Assembly: GCA_905235335.1 (NCBI GenBank)
Contig: CAJOKZ010000021.1
Span: 23,622 to 87,621 of the forward strand
DNA length: 64,000 nucleotides
Source: an uncultured Succiniclasticum sp.
Lineage (GTDB): Bacteria > Bacillota > Negativicutes > Acidaminococcales > Acidaminococcaceae
Direction: 5' to 3'
Below the pieces are notes generated by a model. The model was not told where the DNA came from and made no database searches. It saw only the letters and a list, made by a program, of their open reading frames with translations. Below, piece after piece: positions 49,979 through 59,621 of this stretch. Both the position numbers and the translations under genes were made by a program. Each line of letters opens with the position of its first letter. Positions within the stretch are counted from its first letter, which is position 1.

Positions 49979-50854
49979 TTATCTTTTTTCTTTCCGCCAG
50001 TTCGTGCCATCGGCATAATTGATTCCAAAGCCTGGCTGCACATTGTAGACGAAGACATGGAAACGGACCGCTTTACCTCCATCATCTGCAGACAGGGCTT
50101 CCATCGACACTCCCCGGGCAACCAGGTCATTACCCTTAAAAAATGGTGTGACTCTGTAAAAAACATGTTTGCGGGTCCGCCGGATATAGTCCGCCACACG
50201 GTTTTCAAAGGGCAGCATCCCCACCACATTGAAATGCCTTGTGCCCGTAATCAGATTCAGCTTGTTAGCATTTTCCCCCGTTAGCTGGAAGGCTAGTAGA
50301 TGACACCGGTTGTACAGATACTTTTTTTCAATCTCCTCGTATTTGCTGATGTGCCAGCCGGTAGGCCTGACCATGCCGATGGGCCCGCGGGGTTTAGACG
50401 GCAGGAATTCAGGTCCCAATTTTCCGTAGGCTGCCCCGCACCGTCCCAGATGATCCAAAGGCGTAAATGAATAATAGGCATTTTCCTGTTCTTTGAAAGA
50501 CGCGGAAAAATCAGGCTCATTTCGGTTTAAAACGATAAAAGTTCGACCTTCATAGTCTGGCAGGTTTTTCATCGTAATAAGGGGAGTGTTTTGAGCTGAG
50601 ACACTAGAATCTATTAGAAATTTTGAGGCAGGAACTGTGTTGCCCTTTCTGAAACCGGCGCGAAAAGTTTCTGCCGCTTCCGATAAACTTTCACCCTGGA
50701 TGATACGTAGGCAAAAATCACCCGTCTGCTTCAATTCCTGCAGGCCGTAACCGGAATACCACATTCCAAAAAGGACTGCAAGACATATTATCACTACGCG
50801 AGATATAATCCTTTTGATTTTTTTTATCAGCCAGGATCCTTTAAATACCGCCAT
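49979..50854 (-). CDS. membrane-anchored DNA/RNA non-specific endonuclease (EndA / DNA-entry nuclease-like)
   Basis: N-terminal TM helix (RVVIICLAVLFGMWYSG). NRCHLLAFQLTGENANKLNLITGTRHFN resembles the (D/N)R(G/C)HL..NL..QT catalytic region of EndA-type nucleases. Confidence 0.75.
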   Translation of the reverse strand: MAVFKGSWLIKKIKRIISRVVIICLAVLFGMWYSGYGLQELKQTGDFCLRIIQGESLSEAAETFRAGFRKGNTVPASKFLIDSSVSAQNTPLITMKNLPDYEGRTFIVLNRNEPDFSASFKEQENAYYSFTPLDHLGRCGAAYGKLGPEFLPSKPRGPIGMVRPTGWHISKYEEIEKKYLYNRCHLLAFQLTGENANKLNLITGTRHFNVVGMLPFENRVADYIRRTRKHVFYRVTPFFKGNDLVARGVSMEALSADDGGKAVRFHVFVYNVQPGFGINYADGTNWRKEKR

Positions 50855-51023
50855 AAATTTCTCCTTCGCGCCTGCACCAAGTGGCAATTTTTACATCAAT
50901 CCAAATAGATACATTCGGAAAAAGACCTTTCATTCTGCGGGAACGACTGTCAATCGCCGGGGTTACAGCAATCCACACATAATGACACAGTTTACAAACA
51001 CGATCCCCAAAGGAAAAAACCTG

Positions 51024-51066
51024 TCCAAAAAAGACGGCGGCTACAGTATACCAGTATCCTGTAGCC
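51024..51066 (-). terminator. terminator after the DUF937 gene
   Basis: On the minus strand, an 8-bp stem ggctacag / ctgtagcc with a 12-nt loop, followed by gccgtcTTTTTT. Confidence 0.65.
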
Positions 51067-51084
51067 ACCGGAAATGCATTGCAC

Positions 51085-51666
51085 TTATTTCAGCATGGAA
51101 AGAAGACCCAGCAAATCGCTGCCGTCAAAGGAAGCCCGATTCTCCGGTCTCCTCTGCACACCCCCCTGAGAAGATGACATCATCTGCATAAAACCCATGA
51201 TGTCCGATGCGTCGATTCCGTCGCTCAGATCGATTGCTGGTTTTCTCTGCTGAACAGGCGCCCTGTTGGAAGCGGCCGACAGACTGCTTAACAGGACTGG
51301 GGCCAAAGCACCCAGCGCAGAACTTACCTGGTCGTTGCTCAGTCCGCTTTCCTGGGACAGACCATTCATAACGGAAGAAGAATTGCTGCCCAAAATATGT
51401 TGCAAAATTTTAGCGCCATCATTGGCATCTGCTGATTCAAACTGCTCTGACACTGAACCAGTGTCCGTGTGCTGTGTCAGCGCCTCCTGCAGGGATGCGG
51501 CACCGGATTTTGTCGATGCGTTGTCGGTAAGGGCTTTCAACAGAATCGGAAGAGCAGCCGTGATAAGAGCAGCCATCTGATCGTTATTCCCGCCAGCGCG
51601 GCGGGACATGGAATTCAGGGAAGAATTGGAAGTCATGGATTGCAACAATGTTTCCAGTAAACTCAT
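51085..51666 (-). CDS. DUF937-like protein (low-complexity, Ser/Ala/Leu-rich)
   Basis: The repeated ..ALITAALPILLKAL.. / ..LGALAPVLLSSL.. / ..LLGLLSMLK pattern resembles the DUF937 family. The start at MSLLETLL has an AAGGAG RBS. Confidence 0.55.
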   Translation of the reverse strand: MSLLETLLQSMTSNSSLNSMSRRAGGNNDQMAALITAALPILLKALTDNASTKSGAASLQEALTQHTDTGSVSEQFESADANDGAKILQHILGSNSSSVMNGLSQESGLSNDQVSSALGALAPVLLSSLSAASNRAPVQQRKPAIDLSDGIDASDIMGFMQMMSSSQGGVQRRPENRASFDGSDLLGLLSMLK

Positions 51667-51870
51667 AATCACATCTCCTTTATAAGGGCAATATAATATA
51701 ATGTCATTCAAAATCCCAAGGTCAATATTATTATAACTTGAATACCCGTTTTGACGCAAACATAAATTGTAAAATTTAATATATCTTCATGTCCCTACGA
51801 GGACATTTCACCAACCAACAGTTTGATGCTGACTCTCAACATCCGTTAACTCAAATTTTCCTGCCGTCTG

Positions 51871-52971
51871 TTAAATTTTTCCTGCCCATTTCAACTGTTC
51901 GACAGCCTCCTTCATCGTCTGCATTCCATACTGGCTCCCTGTCTGGATGTAGGAGTATATCTGCTGGGTCTTCCCCTCCCGAATCAGTGTACGCAACGCA
52001 GGAATCATGATCATAACTTCAAAAGCCGCCGTACGATTCCCCTGTTTATCTGGCAGCAGTTGCTGGCAGACGACCGCCTGCAAACTACCCGCCAGCTGAA
52101 TACGGATCTGCCGTTGCTGCTGTTCCGGGAACACGTCAATCATCCGATTCACTGTATCCGCCGCGCTGCGTGTATGAAGTGTGGCGAAGACAAGATGACC
52201 TGTTTCCGCAGCAGTCACCGCAATGGCTATAGACTCTAGGTCCCGCAGTTCTCCCACCATTATAATATCGGGATTTTCACGCAGCGCCGCCCGCAATCCG
52301 GTGGCAAAAGATGCCGTATCATTCCCAACCTCTCGCTGATGGATAAGGCTTTTCACGGGGGTAAAATTATATTCTATCGGATCTTCCAATGTCAGAATAT
52401 GCACATGCCGGCACTCGTTAATCTCATTCAAAATAGCAGCCAGCGTCGTACTTTTTCCCGATCCGGTGGCACCGGTGACCAGTACCAGCCCGCTCTTCAG
52501 ACCGGACAACCTTTTCACCGCGTCCGGCATCCCCAGTTCACTACATGTCGGAATCTTCTCCGGAATGACACGGACGGCCGCTGCCAGTCTTCCCTTGCTG
52601 TGATACAAATTAATCCGGAAACGCTGCCCCGTCCGCAATGCATAGGCAAAATCACACTCCCCATCCTTTTCCAGCATTGACCGCTGTTTTTCCGGCAAAA
52701 TCGGTTCAAACAGCCGAAAAGATTCACTGTCCTTCCCAATCAAGCTTACTTGGGGTTTGGAGACCACAAAAGTCTCTTTCTTCGGAACTGATTCCCGTTC
52801 AGAATCCTTTCCTTCATCCGAACATCGCAACAACAGACTGATATCCCTGAACGAAACCAGATTCCCATTGATTCGAACCACAGGATCTTCACCGGAACTG
52901 AAATGGATATCCGAAGCTTTCATCAGCGCAGCCTTCGCTAGCAATGAGTCAATTGCCCGCTCCATACTCAC
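51871..52971 (-). CDS. pilT: type IV pilus retraction ATPase PilT
   Basis: ASDIH, Walker A GATGSGKSTT, TLEDPIEY (Asp box), Walker B DIIMVGELRD, GHLVFATLHT (His box) and a PilT-specific C-terminus (AFEVMI..ALRTLIREGK). Confidence 0.88.
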   Translation of the reverse strand: MSMERAIDSLLAKAALMKASDIHFSSGEDPVVRINGNLVSFRDISLLLRCSDEGKDSERESVPKKETFVVSKPQVSLIGKDSESFRLFEPILPEKQRSMLEKDGECDFAYALRTGQRFRINLYHSKGRLAAAVRVIPEKIPTCSELGMPDAVKRLSGLKSGLVLVTGATGSGKSTTLAAILNEINECRHVHILTLEDPIEYNFTPVKSLIHQREVGNDTASFATGLRAALRENPDIIMVGELRDLESIAIAVTAAETGHLVFATLHTRSAADTVNRMIDVFPEQQQRQIRIQLAGSLQAVVCQQLLPDKQGNRTAAFEVMIMIPALRTLIREGKTQQIYSYIQTGSQYGMQTMKEAVEQLKWAGKI

Positions 52972-54239
52972 ACCCCCAGTACACGGAAAAGTTCCTGCCT
53001 GGAAGTGATCCCATCATGCACCTTACGCAGACCGCTTTCTTCCAGCGACACCAAATCAGGGAACTCCGCTCTGGCCGTCTCCCAAATTTCCTGTTCGGAA
53101 ACCCGGCAACTGATTTTATATTTCAGCGCCGGACTAATCGGTAAGACCTCGTGTATGGCAACACGCCCATGATATCCTGACTGATGGCATTGTTCACACC
53201 CATTTGCCTCATACAGTTGAATCTCTCCCGGTTCCGTCATACCATACAGTCCATCAGCAGTACCATTCTCAAAGCATTTATCCCTATCAGGAAAGTCATC
53301 AGTAATGCCGGAATCCGGCCTTTTCCTTTCCAATGAAGAGAGAGTCGACATACATTTCTTCCGGCACGCCGGACACAGTTTCCGCACCAGCCGCTGTGCC
53401 ACAATCCCCCGCAGGGCAGAAGCAATGAGAAAAGGCTCTGTTCCCATATCCGCCAAGCGTGTTATGGCACCTGCCGCAGTATTTGTATGAAGCGTGCTGA
53501 ACACCAAATGTCCGGTCAGGGCAGCCTGTATGCTGATAGCCGCCGTTTCTCTGTCCCGGATCTCACCTATCATGATTACGTTGGGATCCTGCCGTAAAAT
53601 GGAGCGCAACCCGCCAGCAAAGGTCATGCCTGCTTTGAGGTTGACAGCAACCTGATTAATCCCTTCCATTCGATATTCTACAGGGTCTTCTACAGTTACG
53701 ATATTACGTTCCGGCCGGTTCAGTTCCTGCAACGTAGCATAAAGCGTAGTAGTCTTTCCACTTCCCGTCGGCCCCGTCAGCAGGATTAGGCCGTAGGGGG
53801 CCTGAAACATGGTCCGATAGCGTAAAAGGGCTTCCTTTGTAAATCCCATTTCATCCAAAGACAAACGACCCGTTTGGGAATCCAGTATCCTCACTACAAC
53901 AGATTCACCCATGATAGTAGGTAAAGAAGAGATACGAAGATCAACCCTCTTATCTTTCCAAGTAATCTGCGCACGTCCATCCTGGGGAACCCTTTTTTCT
54001 GCGATATCCATGCCTGCCATAAGCTTTAGACAGGACGCCAGCGCTCCATGGCGTTCTTCGGGAATATTTCTTTGCTCCTGCTGCAACACACCATCAACGC
54101 GGTAGCGGATACGGCAATACCGCTCTCCAGGTTCCAGATGGATATCACTCGCATTTTCCTCCAACCCCCGGGTAATGATGGAATCCAGCAGATGCAAAAC
54201 CGGCGCATCTTCCATTTTCAGTTGGTACTGTAACAACAA
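52968..54239 (-). CDS. short GspE/PilB/ComGA-type assembly ATPase
   Basis: ASDIHLEP, GPTGSGKTTTLY, TVEDPVEY, VIMIGEIRD and GHLVFSTLHT. Tetracysteine CPAC..(55 aa)..CEQC. At 423 aa it lacks the N-terminal GSPII domains. It overlaps pilT by 4 nt. Confidence 0.85.
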   Translation of the reverse strand: MLLQYQLKMEDAPVLHLLDSIITRGLEENASDIHLEPGERYCRIRYRVDGVLQQEQRNIPEERHGALASCLKLMAGMDIAEKRVPQDGRAQITWKDKRVDLRISSLPTIMGESVVVRILDSQTGRLSLDEMGFTKEALLRYRTMFQAPYGLILLTGPTGSGKTTTLYATLQELNRPERNIVTVEDPVEYRMEGINQVAVNLKAGMTFAGGLRSILRQDPNVIMIGEIRDRETAAISIQAALTGHLVFSTLHTNTAAGAITRLADMGTEPFLIASALRGIVAQRLVRKLCPACRKKCMSTLSSLERKRPDSGITDDFPDRDKCFENGTADGLYGMTEPGEIQLYEANGCEQCHQSGYHGRVAIHEVLPISPALKYKISCRVSEQEIWETARAEFPDLVSLEESGLRKVHDGITSRQELFRVLGV

Positions 54240-54457
54240 ACCATCTCCTTATAAATTTTTTTGCGATTTTATATCCTAATTTAACGGACAATGTGATTCT
54301 ATCAAAACATGATGGAAAATTCTATGAACTTTTATTGAACTTTACCCAGAAGAACTTTTCTTTTCTTCTCCTGGCCTGTATAATGAACTTGTTTTTACAG
54401 GAAACAATAAAAAAATTTCACAGCAGGTATTGCGTGCGCAGCATTGGGAGGATGCGC

Positions 54458-55225
54458 ATGCATAACAAATCACATTTCAGGAGGAAATTTCTGTGTAATA
54501 TTTCGGCGGTTCTGATCTTTTCCTTTTGTGCAGCAGGATGCCACCTACTTAGGGATGCGGCAACCCAGCCGCAGGTAACTGTAAAAAAAGAAAAGATTGG
54601 TCAAGGAACGGCTCCTGTACAAGACAAAGCAGATGCCGTGCCGTCTGAAAGCAGATTTAAAACGAAAAAATATTCGCCAGAGACATCATCTAAAAAGGAT
54701 GCCTCTGGTTTTTTGTTGACTAAATCTGAAACCCCAAAAAAGATTCCCTCTGAAGTTTTGCTACCTAAAATTAAATCTGTAAAAACATCCCATAATGAAA
54801 TGGAAACTGATGTTACCCTCACTAAAGACCCTTTTTCTGTCCCCTCGGCTTTACGAAAGCCGATTACTCCGTCCCAGAACCTGAAAAACTACAGCCAATC
54901 CCTCCGGCAGACATTTGCCAACACTTCAGTATCTGCAACATATCCGTCATCCAATCCTACATATTCTGGCAAGGGTATAGTATTGAAGGAAATTTCCGAA
55001 GAAGACACACATCCGGTATTACCCCGGACGGTTTGTCTGGCAGGCATCTTCGATAACGGAAAGGAAAAATTCGCATTGCTGAGGTGGCAGCATACACACG
55101 GAATCTTCCGACAAGGTGACAGACTGGAGAATGGATACTATATCCGGAAGATCACCGAATCATCCATATCGCTCTGCCCCAGCCCCAGCCAAGAAGCTCA
55201 AAACGAAATTATACTAAAATTGTAA
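54458..55225 (+). CDS. lipoprotein, possibly PilP-like secretin partner
   Basis: GGGAGG RBS. Signal peptide ending in the lipobox AAG|C. A low-complexity Ser/Pro/Lys linker. The C-terminal segment VCLAGIFDNGKEKFALLRWQHTHGIFRQGDRLENGYYIRKITESSISL resembles the PilP / GspC-HR beta-domain pattern. Confidence 0.5.
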   Translation: MHNKSHFRRKFLCNISAVLIFSFCAAGCHLLRDAATQPQVTVKKEKIGQGTAPVQDKADAVPSESRFKTKKYSPETSSKKDASGFLLTKSETPKKIPSEVLLPKIKSVKTSHNEMETDVTLTKDPFSVPSALRKPITPSQNLKNYSQSLRQTFANTSVSATYPSSNPTYSGKGIVLKEISEEDTHPVLPRTVCLAGIFDNGKEKFALLRWQHTHGIFRQGDRLENGYYIRKITESSISLCPSPSQEAQNEIILKL

Positions 55226-55327
55226 GAAAAAGCTCCACTATTTTCTGCAGTATTATTTTTTTGCAGAACGGAAGTTGTGTTTGGAAAAAAATTAAATCAT
55301 TACTTGTTAATATTTGGAGGTTCATAA

Positions 55328-56845
55328 TTGTTATCCATTTTACCCTATTCACGCTGCCAAAATAAAAAAACATCGGTTTTCCATACAGGAAATAGCTGTT
55401 GGCCACAACGAAAATGCATTGATTTTAAAATAAGATCCATTAATTGGTATCGAAGCGGCATACTGTTAAAACCAATCCTGTGTCTGCTTTTTCTATTCCT
55501 GCTGTCTGCCCGGTCTCCCAATATGATATATGCATCTAACTGTGAAACATATGAATCGGATCAGTTTGCCGAATTTGCAAAGGTGTATCACGAAAAACCA
55601 GCCGTACTTCCCGAAACTACCTCCGGAAAATCCGATTTGCCGGATAACATATCCGGAATTTCCCTGGCAGTGCGTAACGCTTCACTGCAGGACATAGCCT
55701 CCGGTCTGGCAGCAATATCCGGGAAAAATATCGTTGCCGACATAAAATGCACCGACCCGGTGACTCTTTCCCTTAAAAATGTTTCCCTGCCTACCGCGCT
55801 GGAAATTTTAACGTCATCACAGGGACTCGCCTACACGGATCAGGACGACACCATCTTAATCTCCAAGGATGACTTCCTGAAAAAACAGGCAGCCGGATTT
55901 TACACCTTTCCAGTAAATTATATCCGGGCAGAAGAGGTACAAAAATCGCTGGCAACCGTTTTAAACGGAGGGAAAATCGCAGCCGACGCCGGCAGTAACA
56001 GCCTTCTTTATAATGGAAGTCCAGCTGAAGCACGAAAAATTGAGAAAACCCTGCAGAAAATTGACATCCCCTCTCAGCAGGTCACTTTAGAAGCTAAGAT
56101 TTTATCCATTGACAAATCGGAAGAAAAAAACATAGGACTGTTGTGGAACTGGGATTCCCTTCCCCAATATATCGCAAACAGGGACAACAACGATGACAAC
56201 AGTTCGTCTGAAAATAGTACAGCGTCTGCGGACAGAGGACACCTGCGCCTATGGAATAAGTCTCACGCCCGTTTCAGCTTCAACGTGGCACTCAATGCGC
56301 TCATCACCACCGGAAAAGCAAAAGTGCTGGCAACCCCCAGCCTCATCACGCTGCCAGGGAAAGAAGCCAGCATCTTTATCGGAAGTCATATACCGGTGGT
56401 AACGGAAAAACATAATAACGGAGAGTCCACCTATTCCACCGAATTTGTGGACGCGGGCATCAAACTGCAATACACGCCTATCATCAGCAGGGACGGATTC
56501 ATCACATCCATCGTCCACACAGAAGTCAGTACTCCCACGCTCATCAGCGAACTGAAAAATTATCGCATCAACAGCCGCACCACGGACACCACCGTACGTA
56601 TGCGGGATGGGGAAACATTGGTCATCGGCGGACTTATCAACGAAGAAGAACAGAAACAACTGCAACAAATCCCATTACTCTCAAAAATACCTTTGCTGGG
56701 AGAACTGTTCAAGAACCGCCGCAAAAGCAAAAGCAGAACTGAGGTTATCATGTTGTTGACCCCGTACCTGTCCGATGCCGGAAGATCCCCGGCGATTTAC
56801 GGAAAAAACGAAACCCTTTTATACCAAAAGACAATGAATCCATAA
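55328..56845 (+). CDS. pilQ: secretin (PilQ/GspD family outer-membrane channel)
   Basis: TTG start 7 nt after GGAGG. Signal peptide, N-domains and a secretin core (VLATPSLITLPGKEASIFIG..; TLVIGGLI..IPLLSKIPLLGELFKNRR..EVIMLLTP). Confidence 0.85.
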   Translation: MLSILPYSRCQNKKTSVFHTGNSCWPQRKCIDFKIRSINWYRSGILLKPILCLLFLFLLSARSPNMIYASNCETYESDQFAEFAKVYHEKPAVLPETTSGKSDLPDNISGISLAVRNASLQDIASGLAAISGKNIVADIKCTDPVTLSLKNVSLPTALEILTSSQGLAYTDQDDTILISKDDFLKKQAAGFYTFPVNYIRAEEVQKSLATVLNGGKIAADAGSNSLLYNGSPAEARKIEKTLQKIDIPSQQVTLEAKILSIDKSEEKNIGLLWNWDSLPQYIANRDNNDDNSSSENSTASADRGHLRLWNKSHARFSFNVALNALITTGKAKVLATPSLITLPGKEASIFIGSHIPVVTEKHNNGESTYSTEFVDAGIKLQYTPIISRDGFITSIVHTEVSTPTLISELKNYRINSRTTDTTVRMRDGETLVIGGLINEEEQKQLQQIPLLSKIPLLGELFKNRRKSKSRTEVIMLLTPYLSDAGRSPAIYGKNETLLYQKTMNP

Positions 56846-56897
56846 AAACGTCAGAAAAGCCAGAATTCCTGGCATAACAAACCTTTACTGACATCAA

Positions 56898-56952
56898 AAA
56901 GCGTTGCCGGGTGCTTAGATAAAAGCCGTACCTGGCAACGCTTTCATTTTTA
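56898..56952 (+). terminator. terminator after the secretin gene (convergent with capA)
   Basis: Long stem aaagcgttgccgggt.. / ..acctggcaacgcttt followed by CATTTTTA. Confidence 0.7.
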
Positions 56953-58203
56953 TTCCCTGTATTCAAACCCGGAACTGTACCGCAGAATTTTTTGCAACAC
57001 CCGCTCCTTTTCCGCATCTTGCAACACCACGGGCTGGTAATTGTTGCAGTAGTCGACGCCGGAAACGGAAGCAGGAATAATCTTGATATCATCATTCGGC
57101 TGCAGTTCATTGTTAACAAAAGTAAATGTCTGTTGAAAAATCATGGTATCCTTGTCATCCGGATCTGTGTTGCCGCCGAAACAGAAGTTCCCCAAAGAAT
57201 AGATAATATATTTGCCTTTGTATTTTTCCATTCCCTGCAGAACATGTGGATGGCTTCCCAGCACCAGATCCACACCATTGTCAACTAAATAATGGGCCAT
57301 GGCGACCTGAGCCCCAGTCTGCGCATAGGTGTGTTCCACACCCCAATGCATGGACGCAATGATCAGATCACAGTTCTGGCTCTTCAGATATGCCAGTGCC
57401 TTATCGATCTCGTGATAAAACTGACATCCGTAATCCAACAAGGAGAACAGACCGATCTTCACGCCCCGCACTTCTTTTACCAAATACTGATCATGACCGA
57501 AATAAGGAATGCCTACACTGTCCAATGCCCGCAGGGTATCCCGATAGCCAGTTTCACCAAAATCGTAAGTGTGGTTGTTTCCTAAACTTACCGCATCCAC
57601 ACAACCCCAAACAAGGACATTTTTATATTCTTCTGGTGCGGAAAAATTAAATGTTTTCTCCATTTTTACCGGATACGAGGTAAAAGTTCCCTCCAAATTC
57701 GCGATAGTGAAATCCCCGTCCCGGAAAATATCCCTCACCTTTGCTAGGTAATATCCATAATCCCCGTTACTGCGAGCCAGGTAGGCGTCGAACCGGTTGC
57801 CCGGTGCATACCGGTCGTCCCAGCCTATGGTACAGTCGCCTACGGCCGAAATTTTAACGGATTTGCGTGCAATGGAAGAAACCGGTGGATTTGCAAGCGG
57901 GGCTGCAGTATCCCCGGGTACTGCAACAGCCGTTTTGACAGAAGTCCCATTTTGCATTTCCTCCGACGCCACAGTTTTCTCCTTAATAGCAACAGACTCC
58001 GGTTTCCCACTCTGTGGCGCGACAACGTGCTGCGTTTCATATTTTTTGGCGTTTAAACGACGCTCCGCTTTACTGATTGAAGAACTTGTTTCAGCCGCCT
58101 CACCGCGCGTTTCCCCGTTAATGTTACACAGCGCAAGCAAAAGAAACAGCGCTATTAGTATTCTCCCGACAGAGTTTTTTATCAAAACTGTTTTACATAG
58201 CAT
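56950..58203 (-). CDS. CapA-family (PGA_cap) exported metallophosphatase-fold protein
   Basis: Signal peptide followed by SAVGDCTIGWD.., ANLEGT, SLGNNHTYDFG, SMHWGVE and GSHPHVLQG, typical of the CapA/YwtB family. Confidence 0.8.
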   Translation of the reverse strand: MLCKTVLIKNSVGRILIALFLLLALCNINGETRGEAAETSSSISKAERRLNAKKYETQHVVAPQSGKPESVAIKEKTVASEEMQNGTSVKTAVAVPGDTAAPLANPPVSSIARKSVKISAVGDCTIGWDDRYAPGNRFDAYLARSNGDYGYYLAKVRDIFRDGDFTIANLEGTFTSYPVKMEKTFNFSAPEEYKNVLVWGCVDAVSLGNNHTYDFGETGYRDTLRALDSVGIPYFGHDQYLVKEVRGVKIGLFSLLDYGCQFYHEIDKALAYLKSQNCDLIIASMHWGVEHTYAQTGAQVAMAHYLVDNGVDLVLGSHPHVLQGMEKYKGKYIIYSLGNFCFGGNTDPDDKDTMIFQQTFTFVNNELQPNDDIKIIPASVSGVDYCNNYQPVVLQDAEKERVLQKILRYSSGFEYRE

Positions 58204-58244
58204 AACCGTCCACCTTTAAATACTACTATCAATTTGCTTCTCTT

Positions 58245-59621
58245 TCACCCTTTCTTCGCCAGCATCCCCGGCAACAACAGAATCAGACTCACCGCCACTG
58301 CAAGGAACATGGGCTTAACCGATGTCTGCATAATCGTAGCAAGAATAGCCACTGCGGTACTTGTCACCATAGAAATGATCACCCATTTACTAGAGACACA
58401 TCCAGGCTTGAACACGGCCAGCGTCAGAGGCAAAAAGATGCCGCCGCCCCTCAGCCCCAGGGACAGATAGTTCCAGAACAATATCTGGGTATCCTTGAAA
58501 ATAATGGAAAACACACAACCAACGATCATAATCAGCACCACGGTAAAGCGGTTCAGCCTCAGCAGTGTACTGTCTTTTTTTATATCGAACAATGGAGCTA
58601 GGATATCTTTGGATATAATGGTCCCCATGCCCAGAGACTGGCCGCCGATGGAACTGATGACGGAGATGATGATGCCACCCATGGCCATGCCCCCGATGAG
58701 AGCCGGCTGGTGATGCAGTAGATACGTGGGAAGCACCAACAGAGGCTGCACGTTGGGTTCCACCGCATGCATATACATACCGATCATAGAGCAGGGAAGC
58801 CCCACAGGAATGGCCACCAGGGCCGCAGCAAAAGCACCGTAAGCTGCTGTTTGCGGGTCTTTCGCGGAAAACAGGGCCTGAATATATGTCTGCGTGCAGA
58901 TGACCCCTACCAGTACGGACAGGAAATTGGATGCTGCGCTGCCCGCGCCCCGGCCCAAAAGGCTGAACCACGGAAAATCAGGCAGGGCCGCACGGATAAC
59001 CGGATCGGTATGAATCGCCCAAAAAGCGGCGCCCCCTGCCAGAAAAAGGCTGGTAAACAAAATGAGCATTTTCAAAATACCGCCTACTCCGGCGCTTTTC
59101 ATGCCGCCAAAATAGACATAACAAACGACCAGTGTGATCAGGATCAGAGCAGCCGTCCAGATAGAAACATCGAACACTGCACAAATGATGCCGATACCCG
59201 ATAGGCTGCTGGGTATCAGACTGAAGAATATGCCGATGGTGGTAACCCAGCTGGCAATGGATCCCGTAGTCGTCCCGTAATTCAATACCAGGCACTGGGA
59301 AACAGTCTCCAGTCCAGTTTTACGCAAAGGTCGGGCATATAAAAAACCCATAATGATAAAAGTTATGCCACTGGACAGAGTGAACCACCAGGCAGACAGG
59401 CCTATAGTAGACGCCATCTGCGCTGTTCCTACCGTGGATCCGCCCCCGATGACAGTACCGGCTATAGAGCCTGCCACCAAATGAAATCCGGCGGAACGCC
59501 CGCCCAAACTATATCCATCTGCACTTTTTACCGCCCTTGCTGTATAGATGCCACCGAAAATCACAATCGCAATCGTCAGCAGCATAATAACCATATGAAG
59601 AAATGAGATATCTAATTGCAA
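58245..59621 (-). CDS. sodium:solute symporter (SSS) family transporter
   Basis: About 13 TM helices. The N-terminal GGIYTARAVKSADGYSLGGRSAG pattern is typical of the SSF family. TTG start 8 nt after AGGGGG. The substrate cannot be inferred. Confidence 0.75.
   Translation of the reverse strand: MQLDISFLHMVIMLLTIAIVIFGGIYTARAVKSADGYSLGGRSAGFHLVAGSIAGTVIGGGSTVGTAQMASTIGLSAWWFTLSSGITFIIMGFLYARPLRKTGLETVSQCLVLNYGTTTGSIASWVTTIGIFFSLIPSSLSGIGIICAVFDVSIWTAALILITLVVCYVYFGGMKSAGVGGILKMLILFTSLFLAGGAAFWAIHTDPVIRAALPDFPWFSLLGRGAGSAASNFLSVLVGVICTQTYIQALFSAKDPQTAAYGAFAAALVAIPVGLPCSMIGMYMHAVEPNVQPLLVLPTYLLHHQPALIGGMAMGGIIISVISSIGGQSLGMGTIISKDILAPLFDIKKDSTLLRLNRFTVVLIMIVGCVFSIIFKDTQILFWNYLSLGLRGGGIFLPLTLAVFKPGCVSSKWVIISMVTSTAVAILATIMQTSVKPMFLAVAVSLILLLPGMLAKKG

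Noticed and set aside
55328-56845. Secretin as part of a T2SS, a T3SS or a filamentous phage (pIV)
   Set aside because: There are no T2SS pseudopilin/GspF/L/M genes, T3SS genes or phage (pI/zot, coat) genes nearby. The adjacent PilT and PilB-type ATPases favour a type IV pilus or competence role.
58390-58971. 193-aa same-strand, alternative-frame ORF inside the SSS symporter gene
   Set aside because: The product is Gly/Arg/His-rich and low-complexity, and the ORF lies wholly inside a 13-TM transporter gene. I see no evidence for an overlapping gene.
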